From Lingula anatina (taxonomy: Eukaryota > Animalia > Brachiopoda): a DNA stretch of 64,000 bases. Shown here in pieces: positions 26,273 through 39,758 of the stretch (positions are counted from its first letter, which is position 1; every line of letters begins with the position of its first letter). Position numbers and translations under genes: made by a program. Where the stretch lies: positions 50,508,788 through 50,572,787 of the forward strand of contig CM120640.1 in NCBI GenBank assembly GCA_051362555.1. The letters are read 5' to 3'. The notes beneath the pieces were generated by a model. That model worked only from the letters and a program-made list of their open reading frames with translations, was not told where the DNA came from and did no database searches.

Positions 26273-29200
26273 TCATTTTCTGTATCCATATTTTGTCAAA
26301 AAGTGTGTTTCAAATTCAGATTCAGCAGCCAGTAGTATAAAGGAAGGTGTCCCTGCTTGTACCACATATCTGAAAATACAATACCAGAGTAACTTTACTA
26401 GGAGGTTAGGCTAACTTAACAGTGTAATGACATGTTAAATGTGCATTTTTTGTTTGTCAGCCTATCTGTTAGCCATTAGGTAAATGCCAAGTTGGATGCA
26501 GCCTTACATACAGACAATATGTACTATAAATGTACTAGTACATCTGCCAACATGCCAGACATAAAAGAAATTAAAATCAAAATGAAAGGACTTACATCAA
26601 ATATCAACTTGAGTATCTCTAATTGATTTTTCCTTGATAGAAATAGTTCACAATGAGAAGTTATGAAATATTCTGTATACCATGAGAACCAATTACAATT
26701 ATACTGTGACCCCAAGCAAATGGCAAAGACCTTTAAAGAGTAATCTATTGAAATGAGAGTCGCCTATGGATCTGTGTAATTCTGTAACTTTGATGGTACA
26801 GCTAGATGGTGTTCTTGCATGACCATATTGTAATCCTCAGAATACCAGATATAAATACAATTGCCCACATTAAGAAACTTACATGTAACTCCCTAAAGAA
26901 ATTTAGCTTCAGAAATCTGCAATTTCTTATCTATATGAATTTATATTAGGCCATGCTGATTTAATTTTATGGAAGACATCATCTGGAGACCCCAAAACTA
27001 ATGCCAGAGGACGAGAAAAAAATGCTTCTAAAGTGAAGGAATACCCAGCTAGAAATACAAATTGAACTACAGAACACAGTATATCAAACAAACTACACCT
27101 TTTTATTTGTGCTGAGAACACTAAAAAATAAAGAGCCAGCAATCATTTGCTTTTTCTCACTGTATTTTGATAATGACAGGGGTAATCCTAGAGAACTGAT
27201 GACAACACGGCCACCACCCACTTTTGGGGGCAATATGCATGTGTAGAAGGTTCATTTCATGACAAATTCAGCAGTTCTTGCAGGAGAAGATAAACGCTTT
27301 TTTTGTGACAACCCAAGCTTTACCAGCATTTTGAATGAACACAGATGGTGACAGCAGTCAATTCTGGAGTGACCAGTAGGTGATTTTTTTTTTTTTTGGT
27401 GAACTGGCAAAAATTAATGCCTGCACAAATGTTATCCATAAAATTAATCAGTGTGACCTTAATGACAAACAGTTGTTAATCTGTCTGCATGTTCTGAATA
27501 AATGACTTGTTCTTGTCAAGGTAATCATATTATATATTATCATAAATTTGTCCTGAGAATTGATTTTTTTTGTTAGCTGTGTTTTGCTATCTGACATGCA
27601 AATTCTTGGAAAGACCACATACTTAACAAGAACATTTACCGACTTTCCAAGCAAATGCTTCCTTGTGCTGCCATAGTTAACAAGAACATACCTTTTATCT
27701 TTTAGTATACCAGCCAATGTATCGCTTGTATCTACTTTGTGTAAGCATTCTTTTTCTTTTTCTTCAAAATAAACCTGAAATTATGACAGATATCTACAGT
27801 GAGGTATCACTCATATCAATTTGATGCAAGTTCTAAATTCTCTGCAACCACTCTCTTACCAGTATAACCTGTGTTTTTCTACATATTTATTGCACAAATA
27901 AACATGGGTCATGAAGAAGTCTAGTGTTACACTTCTGACATATCATTTTACAAAAATGCTGACTTGACAAGCCCAATAAAGCAACATCCATTTCACAAAA
28001 TTTTATTTGTGGTCATCTTACAATAAAACTGAATAAGTGAGCTATTATGGTTTGACTCGTATGTTTGTTACATACATTTTCATTAATACTACAAAACACA
28101 GCTGGATAACTAGCAGATAATAGCAGGTCAGAAATGAAATCATTTATTTCATACCAATAACAGTTGCATTTTTGACACAGCAGAAGCAGTGAATCAAAAC
28201 TATACCATTTAATATCAGAAGCTATTTGTTACATGCATTAGGCCCCATTATGTAATTAATTTTGTTCCTTTGTAATGATTTTTTTCTGATACATCAATTA
28301 CTAAAGCAACAGCAAATGATCAAAAACATAAAGGCAAAAAGTAATATCAATTAAGGAAATTATCACTTGCAAGTTAAATTAACTGCATTCAAAAGTTTGC
28401 AACATGTTGCCATTTCTGGTCTTTTTCTGATTTGCCCATACAGAAACAGAAACAGTACCTGAATTCTAGCAGGTGTATATTTCTTTTCTAAATCCCATGA
28501 GGGAGGTTCTGTATCACTGCCAAACATATGTTCAATGTGGTCACACAACCTGGAAAAAAATAATTATAACTGACAATAATTGTTTGAAAAGAATGTTTTG
28601 ATAATAACTGTTCAATGTTGTCACGAGAATAATTCATAATCATAGGATTGATTCGAAGAAAGTAGCCAATTTATTAATTCACTCTAAAATAAGCATAACC
28701 CAACAGACTTTGGGAAAATAAAGAAATCACTGATTTCAACCATCAGATATTGATCAGATTTTGTGAAAATCTAAATTGTGAAAACAATCTGAAAAGCATG
28801 CCCTAATATAATCACATGTACATATATCTGCTTCCCTTTAGATATCAATGTGCATAATATGGTACCAGAGAATCCTGAGAACACACTCAGGAGACGTCAC
28901 ATTTAGTAAAACTGGAGCAGTAATAGAATTCATTGAGATTAAATCATCAAAAATCCCACCAGGTTAGGCTATTTCCATTTTGTGACTTTTTACCTCACTA
29001 AACCAATCAAACAGACAAGTGATGTTACTTTATGTGGCATAGGTTTCTCTCACAGCAGCACTTCACTCAATTTATAGGCCTCTGTGTGATCAATAGGATC
29101 ATAATTCTTTGATTTAAAGATTGAACATTATTCTAATTATAGGTTGCAAGAGTTCCACCAGCTCATTGGAACCTCACAAATTATATCCAATCATTAGGCC

Positions 29201-29844
29201 AGATGGTCAAAAATCACCTACCAACACAAATGAATCAGATGCATAACATTTAGATGGGAAATATTCTCCATGAGGAATAAAACTTGTAGCAAAAATTGAT
29301 TTCACAGCCCAGTAAATTAATCAGTAAGATTACATTTCTTCTTTTTTAGAGTTCATTTTTAGAGTACATTAATAATGGCTGCATATTGAATTTTATTCAA
29401 TAAAATTGGTACTTTGCCTTTCTTTTTAACCAAGAATTTGTATCAACAAAGGAAATAAGATGTATCAAGTTAGTTCCCCACTTATCACTCTTATTAACTT
29501 AGGTTATCATTCTAACCCTTTTGGGCAAGGTGATGACTTTGATTAGTTCTGATTATAATTGCCACCATGATTTCTGGTTCTAGCAAACATAAGTCATTCG
29601 CAAAAACCAATGCTCAGTAAAAAAAAAAAAAAAAAAAAGACAACCACAAGAATAAACGACAATCACATTAATAAATAATGTACTATTAGGATCACTTAAT
29701 TCAAATGATATTTTATGGTACATAATAAATGAATGACAATTTTCTTAAAATATAACTGACGAAAGAAAGAAAAAAATTCAACTATCTTCACTAATATATA
29801 ATTTAAAAATCTATTACCAGAAAGAATAGAATCCACAGTTTCTC

Positions 29845-29890
<46 letters not shown>

Positions 29891-32800
29891 GTATAACAGA
29901 GACTTTCTGGACTTATGTGTTCCAAGATAAGATATTAAGAAAAGGACGAAAAGCACAAAAGTGTTTTTTTTTTAAGTTCATGAGTCATCAAAAGGACAAT
30001 GATCAATGACAGATATTGTAAATGGGCATGCAAACTTACAGCATTTGGTAATTAAATTCAGAGATAAAATTGTATACACACCTCGAGTTTTCTGACACTG
30101 ACTGTAAAAAATCTGTCTCTCCATACTCTGGATACAGGAATAGAACTGGCCAATGAAGCACACCAGACCCATCTAAGTTGACCTTAACACCAGCTGGATG
30201 GTGTGACTCAAGATCACTGAGACTCAAAGAAATATCCCCCTTTTTACTTGACCTGTATATAGTTACACCTCGACTCTGAAGAAAAGAGGTAAAGAATATA
30301 TACTAACTTTCAAGAAGATACCATGCTTTTAAATTTTGTAATATGCATTTTACTCATTGAAGTTGACTAACACTGAAAACCCCAATGTTTTAAGGACAAT
30401 CCATTGAGACTGTTATGCAACAATTATCTTTAATCAGAATCAAAGGGTGCACTCTGTTAATGTTATTGCATTCAACAAAAATCCTGGTGGAGTTAGTGCT
30501 CAATAGCTAATACAATTAATGTGTTTTGAATGCACCCAAAGAGAGAACAAGTGTACTTTCCCATTTGTAACCCTTGGACTTAAACAATGCTCAACATATA
30601 TATGCACAAACACATTACTAAAATAATCAATCTCAAAGTAAATTACACAGGTAACTTTTCAGTGTGTTAATTACGTAAAGAATTCACCTTAATTGCACTA
30701 ATAAGCTTCTGTTCCTTCTCGGCTTCTTTTCTTTCCTTCATTTCTGCTTTTCGTTTGTCTCGATCTTGTGATTTCTATAGAGTAAAAGCACATTTTAATA
30801 GGATATATTTTGCATGCTAATCTTTTACATAAAACAGAAGTTATAAAATCGCATTAATGCTTGTGAATTATGCACACATACCCATCTATGATGTAAATTG
30901 TTTTTCAAAATAACAGTTACAAGAAACAATACACTACTTGATGAAGCAATATCAAACCCCAGTGCTAAATCTACTGAGTATAAGAATAAAATTTTGTAGC
31001 TGACAATTTTTTTACCTTTTTCTGCTCAGCTTCAGCTCTCATTTCCAGGAGCTTTGCATTTGTCTGTTCTACCTTATTCAGTTAAGGTAGTGTGCAAATG
31101 AAAACTATATTGCAGTGTTAACAAATTAAAAGAGAATATTCTAAGTAATTCAATCAAATATAACAAACTGATCATAGAAGTAGAATAGTATTCAAAGCAA
31201 TATTCAAAGCAATAATTAACTCACAATTATTATTTACAAATGAGCTGCTACTATTTCCCCATCCTCAAAATAATTTAAGTAAAAACACTGTTAAAGATTT
31301 ATTACTCATTCTGTCATTATGTATTGAATTCTGAAACTGCAGAACTGACAACTATTCAGTGCAAAATGTAATAACTCATCATCACACATTACAAACCACA
31401 CAAGAACATTAGCTGTTGTAAAGTTTTATTAAATTGATGTTTTAGTACACAAACTGCCATAGATATATAAAAATTACAGTTGGTGAATATAACATTACAT
31501 TTTTTTTTTCAATTAAGAACAGTGTAAAAGGATACCAACAAACCACTGTCACACCACTTCATGGAATCTTCAAATCTCTTCATATTCAAACAACAGTGTG
31601 CCCCTGAAACATGACATTTGGTTGATATCAGCTAATGTTTACCTAATCACAATAATTTGAAAGTCTCAATGCACACCTATGACTGCACACCTATGAGTAG
31701 ACCAATGACTGGACAAACAGAGGTTTCATGAAGCATGGATCTTGACTTCTTTTATTTGTCCTTGGTGTTTGGTTATTAATCTTTCATCAAAATTAAAAAC
31801 ATCTTGTCACAGAAAAGTTTCACTGAAAAATTTATTTGCATTTCTGCCAAGGGTAATATACACAGCAGTTAGTACAAAGCTTTATTTCCTTAGCTTGAAA
31901 AGTTGTTCATGTCACTGCTAAATATATCACTTTCAACCAGCCCAGTTATCTACCAAATATATCTGCACTTTACTCATCAAAATTCATTATTAATTATTTA
32001 CCTCTTACAATTGCTTTCATGTGATCAGGCTTGAACTTTCTGGAAATGACACAGTCATTAAATGCAGATCTGTAATTTCCTAAATAAAAATAGAATTAGC
32101 ATATAGTGTCCAAATACAGAGCAACAGAGGTGATTTTTACATATTTTATTCATATTTGTAAGCATCATAGGTTCTCAAATAATTTGAAGACACGCTTAAT
32201 CATTATGTATCAGCCAATTTGTTTGCCACAGATATTTGACCATCTAAAAATCTATTCTATACTAGATCAACATAATTTTTCTTAGTGCCTTTATTTTTAA
32301 AATAATTTCGATAGTGGCTTGCCTTAATTAAAATTGCAAGTCACAGTGTAAATTCAATATCAATCTGCTAATCCATTATCTACCAAAAAATGTGCTTTTT
32401 AATAAATCTACTGACCCAAATGAAAGTGTGCAGCAGCCCTGTTTGCATACAGAATAGCATTGAAATTTTTGTCTGGACAGCCACATTTTATGGCTTCTGT
32501 GTAGTTAGCCATGGCAAAGCGGTACTTCTTGTATTTGAAATTATGGTTTCCATCCTCCTTATATGCCTCTGCCTTATCTGAAAGCAAATTTTTCAAAATC
32601 ATACATTTTATCAATATCATCAAAAATCTATTGAATCGTTTAGCTGAGCTTAAGGATATATACCATGAAATAAAGAGGAGTTTGCACTGAAGTGCAAATA
32701 ATGCATAAAATCCATGATTCTATTTATTTAGGTGATGTTATTGGTAAACATATGACTTAACTGGTATAAACTTAGGTGATATACTGATCAAAATAGTGCT

Positions 32801-35148
32801 AACAGGTATAGCTGTCATTGTGTTCAGATTTCGTTTTTTTCCTGTTGGAGGTGTCTGGATTGAAAAGTATTATACTAATTGGGTGTTGATGGCAAACAGC
32901 TTAGAGAATATCTTAGTAACAGAACACCTGACTGCAACACCTGTCAGATTGTCATGAAAAAGACAAAATGCCTGAAATGTTACCTCTTATATCATCATTG
33001 TCCTCATATCTCAATGATATCAAGCCCTGCAGTTCTGGAGACAGTGGCTTACTGTAATCAATCTCTTTCAAAAAGGCTGGATGCTGCATTAACTCCTTAA
33101 ATGGAAAAATTCAAATCAGAAAACATTTAATATTCCCATAATTTAAAAGTTTGTTGTATCAGTTCAATAAGATAATTGCTATCATTATATCTGAGCTTTT
33201 ATATTAAAAAATATACAGTGGAGATCAACCATTACTTGATCTTGCTGGTGTTACAATACATTCTCTATATACAGTAAACTCGTTAGCGTATGAGAGTGCG
33301 TAATTACGCGTTGTTTTGCTGTTTTTACGCATTGGCTGGAGCCCCAGCGCGTACGAATACGCACACCTTTGGCTTTGAAGATCGGCGAAGTTGACCAGTC
33401 CTTGACTGTTGAGGGTCAGACTCATGTTGAAAATGTCATAATTGATTCCCAAGTGTCTCATTTTTTTCTTAAGATATTTGAATTACCCGACTAAAACATG
33501 CTTCTTCTTTCTCTGATTGGTTATAATATGCAAGTTTTAGGTCAAAGCACGTGTGCCTCTCTTTAGTATAAACAAGGTATGAACAACGATGAAATGATCG
33601 TTTTTTTATTCACATAATTGTTCAACATTTTAATTGAGCAACCATACGTTTAGGACCAATTTAAATCACTCGCCCAGACCAAATACTTTAGGCCAGTAAC
33701 CCTTGTGACTTTTGTAGTTTTAGTCGTCAGAATAAATTTTTAGTCGCATTTGACGAGCGGGCGACCGGAAATTTCTAGCTCTGCTGATTACCAGTGATGA
33801 CAAAATGACGAGAAAAAGGAAAAGCAAAGGAAAAAAACAACAGTCAATTAAAAGGTTTTGTCATGCAAGGTAGGCAAAGTTATTTACTATAGATTTCAGA
33901 GTCCGACATACCTACTTGCGATGGTTGCGTTTCGCAACTAGTTTTATCAGCCGGGCAACTAAAATTTAGCTGGTAGTTGCCCGGAAACGCAAGTGACTTT
34001 CGGCTGTTCACTTACCCGGAAAATTTGAAGTGTAAAATTTATTATCACAGACAAAATAGATCGTTTATTATTGGCAGTCATTTGCCGGTTGGAAACAAAG
34101 TGGTTTGCAGCAACCGGCTAGCTCCAGATTTGGCCAGCTTAGAAAACAGTTGAACTTGAACTGCTGCGCTAACAAACATAAATAAAAATTATCTTTCAAC
34201 AAACTGTGAAATAATATTCTTGTATTTTGGTTTTTTATCTTGAGATCTTTTATTTTGAGATTGTTATTATTATATTTATTTTGAGATTTTTGTTTTCAAG
34301 CCAAAAGAGGAATGTTTTCCTTTTGTTACATTTACTAGGTAGCACCAGTTACTTTTACTCTAGTCAAAGAAACACAGTATCTAGTCGTGACCTATGTGTG
34401 ACCTGTCCATTTTGTTTTTGTTTTCTTTTTGTTAAATTGCAATAATAAAAGATTTTGGATAAAAGGATAGTGGGTTATTGTTATGAAAGTGAACTGTGTG
34501 ATTGCATGATTATTAATACACAAAATTACACCTTGATGAGCATTTTTTAATTTTACCCCTTCATTTTGAAAATTACCCCTTCTTTTTTTGGGCAAGGGGT
34601 ACGGTACTCCCTTAGAAAAATCCTACCGAGTGCACTGTATATATTGTCACTTTTCTCATAATTCTTTCAGTTTGCTAGATATTTATCATTTAATCTTCAA
34701 AATATTTGACAAGGGTGCATTGTGACTAGCATCACACCTAGGCAAATGTACTGACAGAGCCCAAAATCAAGGAGGTTCAAATTGAAATTATATGTGACCC
34801 GATTCCAAGAGATGAAGACATAGGCCTATTTGTAGCCTAGGAAGACAACAAGCACTGTCACTGGTATCCACCGACATGATGCGAAGCTGGTGGACGAGAC
34901 GGATTGGGACTAAAACCATGATTACTGCCAGCACTCACACTAGTGGTACTAATAATGAAATCTATATCAGTCCATTATCATATTACCTCAACAGACAGCT
35001 CAGCATCAGATGTCTCTCCTCGAGCTAATTTATCTGCAGACTCCTTCTTCATTTTTTCTATGTATTCATCCATATCTTGGTCTAGTTTTTTTATCAACTG
35101 ATTTCTTGTTTCGTCATTCATTTCACTTGTTTTCTCTTCAGATTGCAT
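26273..35148 (-). CDS. TTC4: Tetratricopeptide repeat protein 4 (Cns1/TTC4 co-chaperone), about 11 coding exons
   Basis: TPR exons AEAYKEDGNHNFKYKKY...ILYANRAAAHFHLG|NYRSAFND..KPDHMKAIVR; wheel domain LHWPVLFLYPEYGETDFL, PPSWDLEKKY, YVVQAGTPSFIL. ATG at 35148; TGA at 26275-26273. Confidence 0.93.
31073..31535 (-). other. U12-type (minor spliceosome) GT-AG intron in TTC4
   Basis: 5' site |GTATCCTTTT; branch point CCTTAAC 8 nt before the end of the 3' AG; no long polypyrimidine tract; flanking exons join in frame. Confidence 0.9.
34708..34950 (-). mobile_element. Old diverged fragment related to the 5' part of the Helentron/HINE element found at 48871 and 58829
   Basis: GACAAGGGTGCATTGT...AGCCCAAA...GGGACTAAAACCATG..TACTGCCAGCACTCACACTAGTGGTAC aligns by eye with 52267-52512. 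Confidence 0.75.
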
Positions 35149-35720
35149 TGTTACATGTATTTCAAAAGGCAATAAAAACACTGAAAATTAAAAAATATAT
35201 ATATAACATGTGACAGTCAAGAAATACATGCAAATGTCCCTTTTTGTGTTACATACACTTTCAATTGTACGTTAGCTTGATCAGTGTCATTTAAGTTTTG
35301 GTCAGTCCCCCTCCTCCTACCTAATACGTTCCCCGGTACATTGTAATGGTAAAATCGCCACTACCGAAGAAGAGCTCTGTGAAATATCCAAATGATTCTA
35401 TCAATATAAGTGGCAGTGACTCAGAGGCATTTCTGAACGATCAAAGTTAATTCAGAACTGTCATTACAAAACTTACTGTACACACGTACAACAGATATAT
35501 ATTAGTTCTTGTAGCACAAATATAGCAGCTACATGTACTTAAGCACGAAAATTCATGCGTTAGCACTTCTATTGACGATTCTGATAAGTGTTGGCAGTGC
35601 ATGAATTTTAGTGCTACATGTACTTGCGTGAGGCTTTAAAAGGGAAAACGTTTTTTAAATAAATTGGCATGGAATAAATCTATTGGCTTCACAATCAAAC
35701 CTACAAAATGTCTTCCTTAC

Positions 35721-36129
35721 CATATGACCAATGTGCACTTCAACTCTGAAGTCAACTCATTCAAACACGGATTGCCACAGAACAGGTCCTTCAACTTAAC
35801 CAACACGTGGATTTCCACTTCCACTTTCTAGTAAACAATGCATACGCGCGAATATATTGGTTCAATGACATTTTTCGTATGTGCATACGTCGTCTGATAC
35901 TTAACATATCTGTCCCCGCCAAATGAAATAAATACTTTTTAATTATATTATGCAAATATTCATATTAAGTAAAGTATTCTCCATTTTTATTAAGAATGAA
36001 TTATGAACACTCTCCGAACTTTCCTATTGCAAAATAAGCCACTTCCGGAAGGCACGTTTTTGCGAGTTTGGATTTAGAGGCTAACGTACGACCGTAGGCG
36101 TGTAAAAGTTTCTTTGTTCTGTTCTTAAG
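35721..36129. promoter_or_regulatory. Bidirectional promoter TTC4/TMEM70 with non-coding first exons
   Basis: Minus donor ATG|GTAAGG at 35720 and plus donor AAG|GTGAGG at 36130. Local CpG enrichment and an ETS-like CACTTCCGGAAG at about 36040. Both ATG exons have acceptors upstream (35181; 38045). Confidence 0.65.
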
Positions 36130-36607
36130 GTGAGGAGTAATGCTCAGTGTCTTTACACGCTACTTCACTTAAAAATAACAGTTTTTTTTTCTCGAGTAGA
36201 ACTGAGTAGAATACCGAAATGGCATGATACAAAATTACAAAATTGAGAAGACACCCCTATGTTATTCTAGGCATCAAAATAACTCTTTTAAAAATTTGCA
36301 ACCAAAATTATAGTTGCCTTGAACCAGGAAATTATCTCCGACATAATTCCCTGCTTGAACCCAACACAATGTTTCTCTACGGCTCAAGGTCTGTACGGTA
36401 GAAATATTTTTGCAACTGTGACCAGGGGTGAGAAACAGCCATTGTTCTACGCCGAAGCCATGGAAGTTTGAAGGGAATGTACATAAAAAAAAACGTGTAT
36501 TGTGGGAACATTACTAATGAAACTATAAGAATAAATGTCATCTCCCTAATTATGCATATCAGAAAAAAATTCAGACTGATCAGAAAAATATAAAATTATA
36601 TCTCCTG

Positions 36608-36774
36608 CAGGGGCAGATCCAGAGATATTTTCTGACAGTCTTCCCAATTATCTTCGTTGATCCTCTATTTTTGACCGTCTTCTGACAAAAAATAGATACC
36701 TGTACCTGTCAATGTAAACTTGAAATTCTGACTGTCTTCCAGAAGACCCAGGATACGGCCTAAATCTGCCCCTG
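36608..36774. mobile_element. MITE, TIR CAGGGGCAGAT, 5-bp TSD
   Basis: 11-bp TIR; TCCTG on both flanks (36603-36607, 36775-36779). Confidence 0.8.
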
Positions 36775-38055
36775 TCCTGAAAGGTAATGCAAAACAGATT
36801 GCAATTCTTTTTAAAATATTCCTACAAGCAACTGCTATATTTCACCCAAAGTGTCCTCTCTTTACAGGCAAAAACCTGTGACCACTGACCAGTGCATCAA
36901 ATTAACTATACTTCGCATCATTCAATTTTCATAGGTTTTTTCCATTAGATATTTAAATTACACGGTGCTGAAAGAGATATTTGAAAGGGATGTCATACAC
37001 GACCTGAGAACAGGTTGGTCAAAGCTTTGCCAGCACTGTAGTTGGACAGTGGGTACTGTGGCACCCCTGGTGCATTGTGATATACCCAGGACAGTACATG
37101 CACTTTGATGATGAGTAGTCAGATGTCCAAAACAAAAGACCCAGGTTAAATAGATCATTCACTGTTCATGTGCGCTGCAGGGGACAGGCACAACTTGCCC
37201 ATGGAGGTCACAGACTAGCATCCGCTATTATAATCCATGGCTTTCCCAATCATATATTCTCAATCATTTTCCAAAATGAACACCCACGTCTGTCGTAACT
37301 CAAGAGCTGCAAAAATATTTACCCCCTACAGAAAAACATTTATTGAGTTCAAGATAAATGTATTTGGGGTGCAGAATCCAAATAGCAAGTTATTTTAATG
37401 TTAAAAGCAACACTGAGTTGTCATTTTGAGTCATTTCATTCTTTGGTGTCACCAGTACAGAAGTAATTTATCAGATCATTACGCAAAGTTCATTTTGCTT
37501 GACAATAATTGTTATATTTTAGCTTGATGATGAAGACAAGGTAACCACTCTGTTGACCATATGGTACTTTTGAAATATCCCCCCACGGGCCACCCTGTAA
37601 TTTTTATTTTAAAAATTCAAGTTTTTAATTCTTATCAAAGCTAAATTATGTGGTGACTATGATCAGTGTGTCTGTTATTCAAATTAAGTAGTTTGAAAAT
37701 TTACTAACTTATTTTCTCATCTTTTTTTTTAAAAAAACCTTCAAGTTATATCACCAATGAGATTAAACAAATTTTTACCCCAGCGATAACCTCAACTCTC
37801 CTAATATTTGGTAGGCATAAAGTTTTATGTAAAAAACATTTTAAATTAGTTGATGAACTGCCAAACTAATTTATTAATTTTTCAAAGTCACCACAGAAGA
37901 GAAGATATTGAATATCACTAAGCTATATAGTGGTGGTGGTGGGGGGGTATACTGCAAAAGTGCCGACCAATTTGCATATTTTCAAGTAAAATTTACAAAA
38001 TGTATAAAAGCCTTAAAAGGTTGATAGTTTGTTTTCTCATTTCAGTTTTAATAAG

Positions 38056-38799
38056 ATGCTGAAAACTTTCACTAGTAAAGTTGGATATTTTAGTTCAGTG
38101 GCGTTACAGTGCAGATTTGTGAACACCCCTACAAGGTATGGCAGGTTACTTGAGAGACATTCCACAAATTTTGGTATTGATTTCCAATCAAGAGCCTTGT
38201 TGTGCCCAAATCGGCAACTGTTCTCAAGAACTTTAACAACTGTGCCGAAGGACCGGACAAATGCCCAGCAATGCAACCATTTCTGTTCGTCTCAACCAGC
38301 AAACAAGGACTCGTTGCAGGGACCTGTTGTTTATGAAGGCAACCTCAATGCATTTGTTAGGGGTGTTAAAGTGTTCTCCCTAAGCACCAGCTGTATCACT
38401 CTTTCACTTCAACCATTTATTCTCATGAGAGCAAGTGAATTGCCAGTTTCATTGCTTGTTGGTGGGGAAGTTTTTGCAGCATTGTTCTTTTTGACACCAG
38501 TTTTAATTCACTGGGCAACCAAAGGATATATTTTTAAACTGCATTTTAATGAGGATAAAAAACTTTTTACAGCAGTTCACAAGTCATTTTTCATGAGAGA
38601 AAAGAAAACTCAGTTTAAGGCAGAAGAAATGGCAATTCCAGATGTACCTGGACCTTTTTCTACAGTCAAAATTAAGGATAAAAACTATTTTATTATCTTA
38701 GAAAATGATGCATTTGATGATCAAAAGGCTTTTATGCATCTGATGCAGTATGATAAGCCATTTAAAATGCCCTCGGAACAAGAATCTGGAAAAAATTAA
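38056..38799 (+). CDS. TMEM70: Transmembrane protein 70, mitochondrial ATP synthase assembly factor (247 aa, single coding exon)
   Basis: Basic presequence-like N-terminus; VYEGNLNAFVRGVKVFSLSTS, two hydrophobic segments, TPVLIHWATKGY, IPDVPGPFSTV, HLMQYDKPF. The ATG follows the acceptor at 38045. Confidence 0.9.
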   Translation: MLKTFTSKVGYFSSVALQCRFVNTPTRYGRLLERHSTNFGIDFQSRALLCPNRQLFSRTLTTVPKDRTNAQQCNHFCSSQPANKDSLQGPVVYEGNLNAFVRGVKVFSLSTSCITLSLQPFILMRASELPVSLLVGGEVFAALFFLTPVLIHWATKGYIFKLHFNEDKKLFTAVHKSFFMREKKTQFKAEEMAIPDVPGPFSTVKIKDKNYFIILENDAFDDQKAFMHLMQYDKPFKMPSEQESGKN

Positions 38800-39758
38800 G
38801 GATGATAATGCCATTGCCTATTTGGCTATTGCTGTTAACTTTTTGAAATGATGTCCAATAAGTGCTCAACACTAGCTTCCGACTAATATTAGTAAACACA
38901 CTAATGACTTGAAACATGGTCACTATTTAAGGTATTTGAAGCAGTCTTTACTACAGTTGTCATTTATCGATGATTCATCAGTCTAAAAAAATCTATATAA
39001 CAGGCCCATCTTTATGACATGAGTACTGATAGAATGTTCTTCATGCATAATGATAATAAACAAAGCCAAATATTATTTTTGTTTTATTATTTGTTGTTAT
39101 ACTTGAGGTTTCTAAATAAAAAAAGTTAATTATATTTATGAAGCCTTGTGTACATTTCCTTTTTTAAAACTTAAAAAGCTTGAAAATGCTGCTGCAGGCA
39201 CAAACAGGTGTTCTGGTATGCACATGATGATATGTTAAATCACAACTTCATACTGTTACAACAGAACTTCTTACTGAGTAATGAAAAATTGGCACTTTGA
39301 AAGACCATATCTGTTACCATTTTCTCTTAACAACTCCCAACCATGTATTCAAAGTTCAGGTTTGAAAATTGTTGTCTGTTTATTTGTGGCCGATTTACAG
39401 CAGTTTAATGATAGTGTTCCCTAGTGCATTCTTTTTCAGTATCTGGGAGGAGCACTTTAATAAGATTGTCACTTTGGTGTGAAATATAGTCCTATTGAGA
39501 AGGCCGTGGGTATTATTAGGACACATAAATGAATATCAGATCAGACCGATATTTGGAAATCAATGCTATCACTTTAGTTTGATTGTTCTAGTTTGCTTGA
39601 AGTCTGTGCAGCTGTGATTGCATTGTTTTATCATTAACTATAGTCCTTAGCCACATAAAATGACTGCTGTTCCCCATGTTGATTGTAAATTGTCAATACA
39701 CTAAATTCTTGTGATTATGTTGTGTAATTTTTTTCCATCTCATGTTGAAGACTGTCCA

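Noticed and set aside
33216-34640. Possible TA-flanked CAGTG...CACTG element in a TTC4 intron
   Set aside because: The inverted match is only about 5 bp. The region looks like a patchwork of CpG-containing repeat fragments whose boundaries I cannot define.
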